Numbered from the stretch's first letter, positions 1 to 13,027 are shown. The stretch: DNA of 64,000 nt from Octopus sinensis (GCF_006345805.1 NC_043007.1:11470001-11534000); one strand, 5' to 3'. The notes: generated by a model from the sequence alone, not told the origin. Made by a program: numbers and translations.

Positions 1-165
1 TGATGACTCTTTCACCACAACTTTTCCTTATTCTTTCTTCCTACATCTTGCAGCTCACCTGCGATGGACTGGCGTCATGTCCAGGTGGGGAACCTATATG
101 CCAAGGAAACCGGGAAACTGGCCCTTATGAGCCAGGCATGGCTCAAGAAGGAACAAACAAAAAAA
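1..165 (+). mobile_element. 3' part of a SINE with V/Meta-domain-like body and (AAC)n/A-rich tail
   Basis: cctgcgatggactggcgtcatgtccagg...ggaaaccggg...ggcccttatgagcc followed by aacaaacaaaaaaa; the motif recurs weakly at ~8510 (ccttgtgatggatta). The domain name is from recall, not a search. Confidence 0.5.
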
Positions 166-169
166 TAAA

Positions 170-648
170 CATCACATGACCAAACCAGTGTATTCTTCTT
201 TCTTGCACGCAACATCTCATGCCTCTTACACCTGGTTTCCCTCTTAAACTATTTACACACCTGCATGCACAGTAACATTACACATCCAGTGAAGCATGAC
301 AGCTTCATTTCTTTCAAGCCTTTGTATGTCCTCTGTAGTCAAAGCCCATGTCCCACAGCCATGTAACATAGCTGTATGTATACAGGCATCATACAATCTG
401 CCTTTCACTCTGAGGGAGAGGCCCTTAGTTACCAACAAAGGTAGAAGGTCTCTGAAGTTTGTCCACCCCATTCTTATCCTAGCAGCTACACTTTCAGAAC
501 TTCCTCCACCATTGCTAACTTTGTCTCCAAAGTAACAGAAGCTATCTACTACTTCTAATGATCCCTCCTCTGAGCATTTGAGAAAGCCTATTGTTTGCGC
601 ATTTGTAGTGCTTATTGTGCCTGCACCTTGCCACACACAAAGACTATA
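170..648 (-). pseudogene. RTE-clade LINE ORF2 fragment (end of zinc finger plus RT thumb region)
   Basis: ORF 253-636 LEVVDSFCYFGD...AARIRMGW..FRDLLPLLVTKGLSLRVKGRLYDAC is homologous to the 59.5-kb RTE; it continues out of frame as ..ERRIHWFGHV to ~170. Confidence 0.85.
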
Positions 649-734
649 TTCACCATTAACCTATGTATATATACATCTATATTTATAACTATATATACAC
701 ACACATATATATAAACACACACATATATATATAA

Positions 735-795
<61 letters not shown>

Positions 796-944
796 TAAAT
801 AGATATCGATATGTGTATGTGTGTGTGTGTGTGTGTGTGTGGGTACGTACATATATGTATGTATGTATACATATATCTATGCATACAATACATCTTTGTA
901 TGCATCTAAGCATGGAAAGGTGGATGCAAAGCTGTATGTATATG

Positions 945-987
<43 letters not shown>

Positions 988-1053
988 TAAATATATATAT
1001 ATGTGTGTATGTATGTATATATACATGTATATACATATATATGTATGTGTGTG

Positions 1054-1084
<31 letters not shown>

Positions 1085-1635
1085 TTGTTTACTGTTTTGC
1101 ATCGACCTTTCCATGCTTAGGTGCATACAAAGGTTTATTTGTTGCATTAATTGCTTTTACAGCTCAATGGCGTTCATCCTACACCTGACTAATGAACTGT
1201 GATGTAGGACATAGAACCTGTTTTTATGTCTAGTCAGGCAAACTGAAACAAGCAGAGTAAACTGAGTTTTTTAAAAGTTTTTTAGGAGTCTTAACACAAT
1301 GACTGCATTAGTTATGGGCTCAGTAATCTGGGGATCTGGGGGGTGTTAAGCTCACAACAATTAGTGCATATCTGTTAACCTGTAAAATATCTTATTAAAC
1401 CTAATGAGAACAGTTATTAGTTGTATAGCAACATGTAGCTGACGATTACACACTTCTTTTCATAGTCATCCTCATCGTCATCATCATCGTCATTGTTGTT
1501 GTCAGCATCATCATCATCATCATCATTGTCCTCCTCCTCCTCATCATCATCATCGTTATCATCATCATCATCATCATCATCGTCGTCGTTGTCGTCGTTG
1601 TTGTTGTTGTCATCATCTTCATCATCCACTTTTCC

Positions 1636-1761
1636 ATTCTTTGTAAGCCTAGTACTTATTCTATCGGTCTCTTTTACCAAACCGCTAAGTTACGGGGACG
1701 TAAATACACCAGCATCGGTTGTCAAGCGATGTTAGGGGGACAAACACAGACACACAAACAT

Positions 1762-1798
<37 letters not shown>

Positions 1799-1958
1799 CA
1801 TATATACGACAGGCTTCTTTCAATTTCCATCTACCAAATCCACTCACGAGGCTTTGGTCAGCCCGAGGGTATAGTAGAAGACACTACTAGGTGCCCCACA
1901 GTGGGAATGAACCTGGAGTCATGTGGTTGGTAAGCATGATACTTACCACACAGCCACT
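1636..1958 (-). mobile_element. tRNA-derived SINE family A (CORE-like), tail truncated
   Basis: Reverse complement of the family body (gtggctgtgtggtaag...ggttcattcccactg...atttggtag..(TA)n(TG)n..cttacaaagaat). Confidence 0.85.
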
Positions 1959-2454
1959 TATTTCAATAATAATAAAAGAGTAAAGTTAATTAATTAATCA
2001 GTTAATTAATTAATAATTAATAATTTTACCAAGTAGTTTGGTACCTTAAAATAACCTTTTTAGGTAAAATTATACAATATTCTATAATTATAAACATAAT
2101 TATAATCAGTTGCCACGCACTGAATTTAGAAATAGCAGTTAAAATACCATTCCGCCACCATAAATATCTCCCAGACAGTAACAACCTTTTTTAAGTAGGC
2201 AAAAAGAAAAAAATAACGAATCCACACAATTCAGATATTTTTCTTTTTGCCTACATAAAAAAGTGTGTTACTGTCTGGGAGATATTTATGGTAGCAGAAA
2301 AAGCATTTTAACTCCTATTTCTAAATTCGGTGCATGGCGAAGCAATTAGCTGATCCCTGATTATAATTATGTTATAATTAATAGAATATTTGTATATATA
2401 ATATATATATATATAAATATCTAAATGGGTGTATGATATATAAATATATAAATG

Positions 2455-2485
<31 letters not shown>

Positions 2486-2645
2486 GATATATATACTTAT
2501 ATATATATATGTATATATAGTATATATATGTATATATATATGCTACCATGGAAAGCAGATGTAAAAGATGATTATGATGATGGTGATTGTATAATATATA
2601 TAAATATCTATATATTATATAAATATTAAAATGTATATATATATA

Positions 2646-2700
<55 letters not shown>

Positions 2701-2944
2701 ATATATAAACCCATGCTAGCATGGAAAGCAGATGTTACGATGATGATGATGATGATGATGCTGATGATAAATATATATATATATATTAATTATATATATA
2801 TATATATATATCATCCTGTAAGAGGAAGCAAGCTCCTCTTATAGGGATGGAAACATCCAATTTTCACTGTTTTAACTGGTTAAAACTGAATTTAGTAAAA
2901 AGAATTTTCTATAATACAAATGGGTATATATATAATATACAAAA

Positions 2945-3054
2945 ATAATAAAAGGGAAATGGAGAGTTTAAACTGACATATGTTAACGTATTAACATGAT
3001 ATTATATCATTATTATTATTATTATCATTATTTTTATTATTATTGTTATTATTA

Positions 3055-3088
<34 letters not shown>

Positions 3089-4505
3089 GTAGATATCAAA
3101 AATCCTTGCAATTGTTTTGATTCAAACTCAAAACCAATAACAGATTTATAAAAATTCATATTTTGGAAATATTTTGAGTAAAAAATCTCATCAGGGTAAA
3201 ACAGGACAAAAATTACATATTAGAGGTTTGAGATCTTTAAACAGGCTGAATTAATCAATATATGTTCATGTTTGTATGTGTGAGCATCAATAACTTTTTT
3301 TATAAAGTATCAAATACAAATAAAAACTAATATAATGGTTATAAAATGTGCGTGTGTGTATTTAAGAATATTGATTTAAGCATTTTTCTGTGTGTCAGTA
3401 TTTTAAAACAGAAACAATTCATTGTAAATCTATGGTGAAACAGTAAATATTTACTTTCACTTTTATACGGTTAAGAAAAAAAAATGTCTCATACACAAAA
3501 ATTTACTCAGAAAAATATCCCTTATCCTCAACACGCCGACACTAAATAATATTACAAATTATACTATAATCATTATTTATTATCATCTATACTAATGTGT
3601 ACGTAAAATAAGTTACAATATTTACTATTTCTATCTTAAAGAAAATAAACTATATAAGCTCATGTAAATTTATGTTTTTATTTGTATGTATCCATACGCT
3701 CGAAAAAAAAAAACTAAACATATTTTTTTTTAAAAACTTGTTATTTAATAGTTATAAACTTATGGCAAATCTGATCATCATCATCATCATCGTTTAACGT
3801 CCGCTTTCCATGCTAGCATGGGTTGGACGATTTTGACTGAGGTCTGGCGAACCAGATGGCTGCACCAGGCTCCAATCTTGATTTGGCAGAGTTTCTACAG
3901 CTTGATGCCCTTCCTAATGCCAACCACTCCGAGAGTGTAGTGGGTGCTTTTTATGTGCCACTGGCATGGAGGCCAGTCAGGCGGTACTAGCAATGACCTC
4001 GCTCGAATCCTTTTACACATGCCACCAGCACAGGTGCCAGTAAGGCAACGTTGGTAATGAAATTTATATGTTAATATAGTCACAAAATTTTTAAATCACT
4101 AAATTTATATATTATTTTTAAGACTTACAACAAATACAAAAAGCTAATTACCTTTTGTTAAATAAATTAACAATTAAAAATAATTATGATAATCTTTACA
4201 ATAAATTTATTTGTATATTAAATCATATATGTAAAGTTTCTGTTAAATGCATTTATGAAAAAATATATATATAAATCTTCAAGTTATAACTATAATTTCT
4301 AATATGTAATTTTTGTCCTGTTTTACCCTGATGAGATTTTTACTCAAAATATTTCCAAAATATGAATTTTTGTAAATTTGTTATTGGTTTTGGGTTTGAA
4401 TCAAAACAGTTGTAGGATTTTTAATATTTATATAATAATAATAATATTATATTGTGTTAATAGATTAACATATGTCAGTTTAAACTTTCCATTTTCCTTT
4501 TATTA
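2945..4505. repeat. Long inverted repeat, ~280-bp arms around a ~1.07-kb spacer
   Basis: 3093-3223 is the reverse complement of 4299-4427 (~7 differences); homology continues beyond the (ATT)n tracts (2953-3010 vs 4440-4500). Confidence 0.8.
3775..4070 (-). mobile_element. 5'-truncated RTE 3' UTR copy with (GAT)n tail
   Basis: catcatcatcgtttaacgtccgctttccatgctagcatggg...ctggatgcccttcctaatgccaacc-type sequence matches the 3' end of the LINE at 58530-58990. Confidence 0.85.
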
Positions 4506-4520
4506 TCATTATTATTATTA

Positions 4521-4557
<37 letters not shown>

Positions 4558-4782
4558 CATACATAGATACATACATATATATATATATATATATGTTGCC
4601 ATGATAGATCAGTAGCCACTACACACATTTTTTTCTCTCCTTGTTTCTTTCTGTATTCCTTTCTGTAAAAGAGCGTAGGGTCAAAACGTAAAATTCTTTT
4701 TCAATTCCTGAGCATTATACTAATACATCTGTTTGTTTTCTACACCACCTGTCTTCGTCTTTTGATTTTTTTTGTGAATTCT

Positions 4783-4817
<35 letters not shown>

Positions 4818-5327
4818 GGTTATGAGAGGTAATGGTGTCAAGAAGATCCAAAGGGGTCAGGTAATGCTGAGTAAGTGCCATGGACAAATTATAGCTAAGC
4901 TCCAGGTTCAGTGATTATGCGAATGAGGAGTCCAACATAGGTCATATATTAGCATGTATATATATATAAAAAGTAACAGAATGCGATAAAAATCCAAGGC
5001 TGTGAAAGATTTCAGAACATTTATAAAGAGAAGGTCTTACAGCTGTTTCCAGAATATTTTATATATCTCCTTCATCGGAGATGGTGTGAGAAGTGGAAGA
5101 GAAATGCCTTCGTTTCATATAGTTTAATATCTTTTTATAAATATATACATATTATATGGATGTCATGAAATCCAACCAGTTTTTGCTATTTAAATTAGCT
5201 TTTCAAGGCACACTGTACAGTAACCAGTTCTCGTGACAGAGGAGTTTTGTCATTTTGGATGTTTTGGATGATATATATATGTATATGAAACGAAGGCATT
5301 TCTCTTCCAATTTTTATATATTTTTTC

Positions 5328-5387
<60 letters not shown>

Positions 5388-5399
5388 ATATATATATAT

Positions 5400-6027
5400 A
5401 TGAAGTGGTGAAGCACGACCTTCGAACTTTAGGCCTCACCAAGGAAATTACTAGTGACCGAGACCTTTGGAATATGCTGTGCTTGTGAAGACCTGGCAAG
5501 CCAAATGAGACCATAACCTCATCGCCTATGCCAGGGGCGTAACCAGCCCACTTATGCATACCTTTTCCTTCTTTGGACACTAAACTCTGCTTGCAAAGAC
5601 CTGTTGAGGCAAGTGAAATTGAAATCAAATTCGATGACTGGCATCCGTGCTAGCAGGGTGCAAAGAGCACCATACGAGTGTGATCATTGACAGACCAGCT
5701 AACTGGCTTCCATGCCAGTGGCACATAAAAGGCACCGTTCGAGTGTGATCGTACCAGCATCACCTAACTGGCACTTGTGCCGGTGGCATGTATAAAAAGA
5801 TTCGAGCGAGGTTGTTGCCAGTACCGCCTGACTGGCCCCCATGCCGGTGGCACGTAAAAAGCACCCACTACCCTCTTGGAGTGGTTGGCATTAGAAAGGG
5901 CATCCAGCTGTAGAAACTCTGCCAGATCAAAACTGGAGCCTGGTGCAGCCATCTGGTTCGCTAGCCCTCAGTCAAAATCGCCCAACCCATGCTAGCATGG
6001 AAAGCAGACGTTAAACGATGATGATGA
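5400..6027 (+). mobile_element. 5'-truncated RTE LINE (last ORF2 codons plus 3' UTR) inserted in (TA)n
   Basis: EVVKHDLRTLGLTKEITSDRDLW matches ORF 59111-59308; about five 65-bp UTR monomers; ends aaacgatgatgatgat; (TA)n on both sides. Confidence 0.9.
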
Positions 6028-7388
6028 TATATATATATATATATATATATATTTATTCTTTTCTTTTTTTTTATTCTATTATTTCTTTCAGTCATTTGAC
6101 TGTGGCTACGCTGGAGCACCGTCTTTAGTCAAACAAACAGAACCTGAAAGACAAACACAACTTGAAAGATAGCCTTAAGATACATGGAGTATTTCATAAA
6201 TACGCCTTTTCAAGTATCATTATAGCATGAAATTGATAGTACCACTTTCGGTTCTATATTTGATTTTATATATATATATATATATATATCAGTGGTATCA
6301 AGGTACAAACACGGCTGCACACAAATACACACACACTCTCACACACACACACACACACATACACACTCACACACATCTGGTGAATTTCTATCAGTTTCTG
6401 TTTACCAAATCCACTCAAAAACTCAGTCAGCCCGGAGCTATAGAAGAAGACACTTGCCCAAGGTGCCAGTACAGTGGAACTTAACTCGAAATCATATGGC
6501 TGGGAAGCAAATCTCTGAACCAAATAGACATTCCTGCACATATTCCTTTTTCCAATAAATTTAAGTCTTCGTGCCGATAAGACGACATTAATATTCAATC
6601 TTACAACCTTGATCAGTCAAAAGGAATGAATTGTAATGCATAATTGTAGTGAAGCAACAGTTGTCTTTTTGTATTAAAACCCTTCATTGTTATGACCTTG
6701 TTGGCTCTGATAAGAAAACTCTACAGCTATGATTGATCAGCTGCTTGATAGAAGAGAAATAAAACATAGCTTATAAAGATGGCTTATTTTCTGTTTTGAC
6801 ATAAATCATTATTAATACAGATGAGTGGGGAAATAAAATTTAATTATAATTTGAATGCACAAGTTTCACTTTCCTCATCTATTTATCATTAGCATTTGAA
6901 GAATATAGATTTTTTTTTTTTCCCCCCTCGTTCATTGATTTACAGTATTTCATGTGTCTTATAGTTTTGTGTTCAAATACTATTATCTCTGGCACTGCTT
7001 GCTATCTCTCATAGAATATAATAATAGAATTTAAGCTTAGGAAATTTATCCAAAGTATCAAAATGGTTCTAGAAGTGAAAGTATGATTCAAAGTTTTACT
7101 CTTTAGTCAGATAGCTTTCTGGTAACTTGTTACTACTGCAACCTGTCTCATGGTTGGGTTATCGGTGACTAAACTGGTAACCCCACCAAACTTGCTTGGA
7201 CAGAAAATAAAACCCATCAAAGAGTAGAGGAACACATGAGTAGTCTACAGCTATCCAACTATTTGTACATATGTGTAAATTGTTTATTGTAATAATGATA
7301 ATAGTCCTTTCTACTGGAAGCACAAGGCCTGAAATTTGATGGACCCCAGTGCGTAACTGGTACTTAATCTGTCAACCCATAGATCTCA

Positions 7389-7708
7389 GTCATAGATACC
7401 TGAAAGAGAGGGTTTATGTCAACAAACTGAAGGAGAACATCAATAGAGAAATCAGAGAAGTGGGGTCTGAAACTTTTGAGGGTGTTATGGTGCAAGTTTT
7501 GGAAAGAGCACAGGTGTGTGAAGCCAAAAATGGCTACCATTTAAGCGATGTCATTTTTCATATATGATGAAGTGGTGTTGCAAAATTTGACCTGTGCATA
7601 TTAATTTCCATTATGTCCTTTATATTGCATCAAAATTTTATGCATTTATTTGTAAGGTTAAGGAAGTTATTAAAAATTGAAACCTGTCAGTGATTTTGGG
7701 ACACCCTG
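7389..7708 (+). mobile_element. Tc1/mariner-superfamily 3' fragment
   Basis: YLKERVYVNK..LKENINREI..RAQVCEAKNGYHLSDVIFHI* resembles a Tc1-type transposase C-terminus; ends ttttgggacaccctg|TA (TIR-like end plus TA). Confidence 0.7.
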
Positions 7709-7726
7709 TATATGTATGTATATATA

Positions 7727-7862
7727 TTTCTTTATTACCCACAAGGGGCTAAACATAGAGTGGACAAACAAGGACAGACAAAGGTATTAAGTCGATTACA
7801 TTGACCCCAGTGCGTAACTGGTACTTAATTTATTGACCCCGAAAGGATGAAAGGCAAAGTCG

Positions 7863-7863
<1 letters not shown>
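7727..7863 (-). mobile_element. SINE family B 3' half
   Basis: Reverse complement of gtcgactttgcctttcatcctttcggggtc...gccccttgtggg. Confidence 0.8.
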
Positions 7864-7922
<59 letters not shown>

Positions 7923-7927
7923 GTGTG

Positions 7928-7959
<32 letters not shown>

Positions 7960-8079
7960 CAAAATATGAAAATGGAGGAATAGATTTCTGGGTATTAGCT
8001 TTTCTGGGTACTTACTGGCAGTATATTGGATAAATGTGATCCCATAGTGGGTTACACTTACAACTCCTATCTCACTTTG

Positions 8080-8121
<42 letters not shown>

Positions 8122-8681
8122 ATATATATGTATGTATGTGTGTGTGTATATATGTGTGTGTATTCATGTATATATATGTCAGATTGCTCTTGAGGTCACT
8201 CTTGTAACATGTAACCTAGTACAACCTGTCACATGGTTGAGTCATCGGCAGCTAAACCAGTCAACCAGTGAGGTGGAGGTTTTATTGGTCATCCTGCAAG
8301 ATGAAAAACAAAACCCATCAAAGGGCAGAGGAACCCAAGAGCGTCAACAGCCATTCAATAATGTATGAAGGCATGCATTCTGGTGGTTAGGATGTTGTAC
8401 TCATGATAGCAAGATTATGGTTTCAATTCCCAGACTGGCTGTGTGTTGTGTTCTTGGACAAAACATTTCATTTCACATTGCTCCCAGCCATTCAGCTGTA
8501 TGTGAATGACCTTGTGATGGATTAGTGGATGAGATGGTTATTCGGAAAAATCACCTGAATGGACGTTTCACAGGTCACATTTTTTGTATTCAGCAGTCAA
8601 ATGGATGAACAGCACAGCTCATTTTGCTTAGCCCAACTGGTTGGAATTGGCTGTTCAACAACATCAAAGAATGATGTTGAT

Positions 8682-9088
8682 TACTCTTTATTCTTTTACT
8701 TATTTCAGTCATTTGACTGCGGCCATGCTGGAGCACTGCCTTTTAGTTGAGTAAATCGACCCCAGGACTTATTCTTTGTAAGCCTAGTACTTATTCTATC
8801 AGTCTCTTTTGCTGAACCGCTAAGTTACGGGGACATAAACACACCACTATCGGCTGTCAAGCAATGGTGGGGGGACAAACACAGATACACAAACATATAC
8901 ACACATACATATGCATACATATATACGACGGGCTTCTTCCAGTTTCCGTCTACCAAATCCACTCGCAAGGCTTTGGTCAGCCTGAGGCTATAGTAGAAGA
9001 CACTTGCCCAAGGTGCCACGCAGTGGGAATGAACCCGGAACCATGTGGTTGGTAAGCAAACTACTTACCACACAGCCACTCTTGTGCC
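8682..9088 (-). mobile_element. SINE family A, full length
   Basis: tRNA-like head with A box (tggctgtgtggt) and B box (ggttcattccc), CORE-like gcaccttgggcaagtgtctt, internal microsatellite, gtaaaaga tail. Confidence 0.9.
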
Positions 9089-9531
9089 TATTATGCATTA
9101 TTCATCCCTTTGTCCCTTCTTCAGATCTGATACAAAACCAATGCTTTTTGACTGAGTACAAAATCCACTTGATCACAGAATTCTTGTAGAAACAAGAAGC
9201 ACTGCCCACTTCCTCCAGACCAAACTAATAAAGAAAATAAATGAAAATTAATGAAGAACCTTTTGGGTCCATCTTCACTAATTATCTTTAAGGGATTAGA
9301 TAAAATAACCATCAGTTATTTTATCAAGTGTTGGGGCTGATATAATCGGCAATAGACATTTTCACCAAATGCACTGAGTGTTGAACCTAATTAATAACAG
9401 AATTTAATTAAGGTCCTTTACAATGTGAGCTTGAGTCCCACCAATGTTAAATTTATCTTTTATTCTTTCAGCATTGATAAAATGAAGTAATGGTCAAGCA
9501 CTACACTCAATTTCAATTTTAATCAACTATA

Positions 9532-9721
9532 GGTGCAGGAGTGGCTGTGTGGTATGTAGCTTGCTTACCAACCACATGGTTCCAGGTTCAGTCCCACTGT
9601 TGGGCACCTTGGGCAAGTGTCTTCTACTATAGCCTTGGGCCAACCAAAGCCTTGTGAGTGGATTTGGTAGACAGAAACTGAAAGAAACCTGTCGTATATA
9701 TGTATGTATATATATATATAA

Positions 9722-9772
<51 letters not shown>

Positions 9773-9997
9773 GTGCGTGTATATGTTTGTGTGTCTGTGT
9801 TTGTCCCCCCAACATCGCTTGACAACTGATGCTGGTGTGTTTACATCACTGTAACTTAGCGGTTCGGCAAAAGAGACTGATAGAATAAGTACCAGGCTTA
9901 CAAAGAATAAGCCCTGGGGGCGATTTGCTCGACTAAAGGTGATGCACCAGCATGGCCACAGTCAAATGACTGAAACAAGTAAAAGAGTAAAAGAGAG
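9532..9997 (+). mobile_element. SINE family A, full length
   Basis: Same architecture; head-to-head with the 8682-9088 copy. Confidence 0.9.
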
Positions 9998-10400
9998 TAT
10001 ACTTGCTCTCCACTATCTTAACAAGTGTACATGGCCTTATGTCGAGTATAGAAATCATTATTAATTACTGTTATAGTATAATTAAGGACTGGCCCTTAAA
10101 ATTCCATTTTGCTATATTATTGGTAATAACATTGTTAATGTTAATTTGTTGATTCCCATCCAAATGAGTTTCTTTTATTTTACCAAATTCACTCACAAAG
10201 CTTTGATCAGCGCAAAGTGCCATGTAGTGGGACTGAACCTGAAACCACATTGTTGCAAAACAAGCTTCTTAACCACACAGCTTAATATAAACTGATATTA
10301 GTCATTAAAAGCATGACCTATTACTGTTATTCTCCTGAATTTTTTGGTCCTTTTGTCCATTGGTTTGCCTAACAAATACAGTAGTTGAGAGATAGACCTA

Positions 10401-11701
10401 CAAGGGGTGTATGAAAAGTTTTGAGCCTCAAAACAACAAAACATAGTACAAGGCTTCTGATGATTTATTTTTCAACGTAGTCCCCCTCAATGGCTGAACG
10501 CTTACTCCAGCGGTGCTGAAGCACCATTATCCCGGCGTAGAAGAACCCTTTCGTTTGAAACTCCAAGAAACTTCCTAAAGCATCTATGACGTCATTGACA
10601 TTGGCAAAATGGCGACCAGTCAGGGCTTTTTTCATTTTTGGGAATAGATGAAAGTCAGAGGGGGCTAAGTCTGGCGAATAAGGCGGATGGAGAACAAGTT
10701 CATATCCACAATCACGAATTGTTGCCATGGCAACCACTGAGGTGTGGGCTGGAGCATTGTCGTGATGAAAAAGGACTCCTCAGGTGAGCATTCCTGGCCT
10801 TTTTCCTTTGATTGCTTCTCAGAGGCATTTCAGTAGCTGAGAAAAATACAGCCCTGTCATGGTGTAACCCTTTTCAAGGTAATCGATCAGCAAGACACCT
10901 TGAGAATCCCAAAAACTGATGCCATTTGAAAGAATGACCTTGCCAGTTGAAAGAATGATCCTGGCCTTCTTTGGGGTAGGAGAATATGTGTGCTTCCATT
11001 GCTTTGATTGTTCTTTGGTTTCAGGCTGGTAGTGATGAACCCAACTTTCGTCCGTAGTAAAGAAACAAGCAAGAAAATTCTCTTCATCGGCTTCAAACAG
11101 TTCCAGATTGCTCGTGGACAAAGTGCACCTGGTGCGTTTCTGTTCAGGAGTCAAAAGGTGAGCGACCCACCTTGCAGAAACCTTTGAAAACCCAAGTTCT
11201 TTTTGTCACAATGTTATCTGCTCTTTCAGTTGAAATGTCCAGTCTCTCAGCTATCTGCTGACATGATATTCAACAATCTTGCATTATCATACCAAGACCA
11301 AGGTCAATGATGTCCTCAGTGGTTGCAGTTGGAGGTCTCCCTGGTCAGGGATCATCTTCCACACTCTGCTTGCCACGCTGGAATTCATTTACCCAGCGTT
11401 TGACTGTTGCATATGAAAGAGCATTGTCTGTTAAGGTTCTCACCATATCTTCATGAATTTCTGATGGAGTCATGCCTTTCAAAAGAAGGTACTTTATGAC
11501 AGCACGATACTCAGTTTTCTCCATTTTCCTTGTAACCTCAACACTTGTTTATTCAAAAACCTGCAACAAAAAAAGTCAAAATATCAGAATCATGAAAATG
11601 AGCAAGAATACTCCAAGAATACTGTACTTACCAGAAAAAATTGTTTCAACCTAACAGCCCCTGTTTCTAGGTTAGGCTCAAAACTTTTCATACACCCCTT
11701 G
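10401..11701 (-). mobile_element. Full-length mariner (DD34D) element, 1301 bp
   Basis: Perfect 28-bp TIRs caaggggtgtatgaaaagttttgagcct (10401-10428, 11674-11701); TA at 10399-10400 and 11702-11703. Confidence 0.95.
10465..11524 (-). pseudogene. Mariner transposase disrupted by stops and frameshifts
   Basis: MEKTEYRAVIKYL.., TTDESWVHHY, HHDNAPAH followed by 34 residues to the D of YSPDLAPSD, ends EGDYVEK*. Confidence 0.92.
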
Positions 11702-12527
11702 TATTAATGCTATTCTCCTGAATACTTTTTGTGATTCTATCCAATAGTTTGTCTGCAATCATTACATTTGAGTTGTATATGCAACTATTCATTTTTTCCC
11801 TCAGGAGACCAGGTTTGTGAGGGCTAAATTTAGATATAGTGGCCTAGATTTGAGAGGGTTAAATGCTAAAAGATTGACATTAGGGAGCTAATAGATAACC
11901 ACCTACCAATTTGTAGCAGTGGGGTGAGGGAAAAACCAAACTTTATATCTAATTTCCTGCACAGCCATTCTAAGATTGACGACTAATAAAAAAGATTTAG
12001 TTTTTCTGAAATTATTTGGTTTTTAATCTTTTAGCAACATTATATCATCACTTTGTTTTGTTTTGTTTTTATGATTTTATTTAAAATTTTTCGTTTTTTT
12101 TTTTAATTTTTATTTTTACTTTTTTTTTTTATTATATATCTTCATCTCCAAACAAAGAGAATAGAAAATTCATTATGAAAATTTTATCTGCCAAAGTATA
12201 TATGGACTTTGATGAATTAAATTCCTGCATTAATCTCTTTTATCTCACCCAGCATTTAAAATCTTTCACAAGTAGAAAACTAAATGAAATCTATGTCTAA
12301 TTTAATATTTCTTTCTGCTATATTCTTAATCCTTATCTTTCTTCAAATCATCCACATGTTTCATGCATGATTTTGTTTTCTTTTTGCATCTGTTTTGTTT
12401 TTTGTTATCTTCCCCCCCCCCCACTGAAATCTGCAGCTTATTATTATCATTATTAATCTCATTATCATTATAGTTATTGCTGTTGTTATCATTATAGTAA
12501 TTATTATTGCTATTATTATCATTACTA

Positions 12528-12582
<55 letters not shown>

Positions 12583-13027
12583 TTCATTAGCATCTTCTTT
12601 CAATTCTGTTTCCATTTCTTGCCAAGTGTCTTCCTGACACCTAGGCCAGAGAAATGCACTGTATACATTGGTAGGCCATTAAAACAAACACTAGATTGTT
12701 TATTATTATTGTCAATAATATTAATATGCCAATTTGTTTTTTTGTACATACCTGATGTGTGTGTCATGCTTAAGAGAAAGAAATTGTTGAAAGAAATTTT
12801 GTTGCTTAAATAAAAATTTTTAACTAGATCTCTTCTAATTTCTGGAAGAGATTTGAAACCGCCACCAGGGGTCATCTGAATATGGTAGAGAAGCTTAAGA
12901 TATTGTAATAGGGGCATAGTAGTGCTGGCAATGGTGATGGTGATGATGATGATGTTCATGATGATGATGATAATGATGACAACAATGATGTGGATGGTTG
13001 TGGTGGTGGTGGTGATAATGTTGATGA

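Noticed and set aside
9121-9224. Possible minus-strand terminal exon after a polypyrimidine-AG (WSGGSGQCFLFLQEFCDQ.. or FGLEEVGSASCFYKN..)
   Set aside because: No recognisable homology and no partner exon; needs RNA-seq or a tblastx search.
12470-12660. Possible minus-strand exon CQEDTWQEMETELKEDA(N)n
   Set aside because: Short, runs into (AAT)n, no donor site and no recognisable family.
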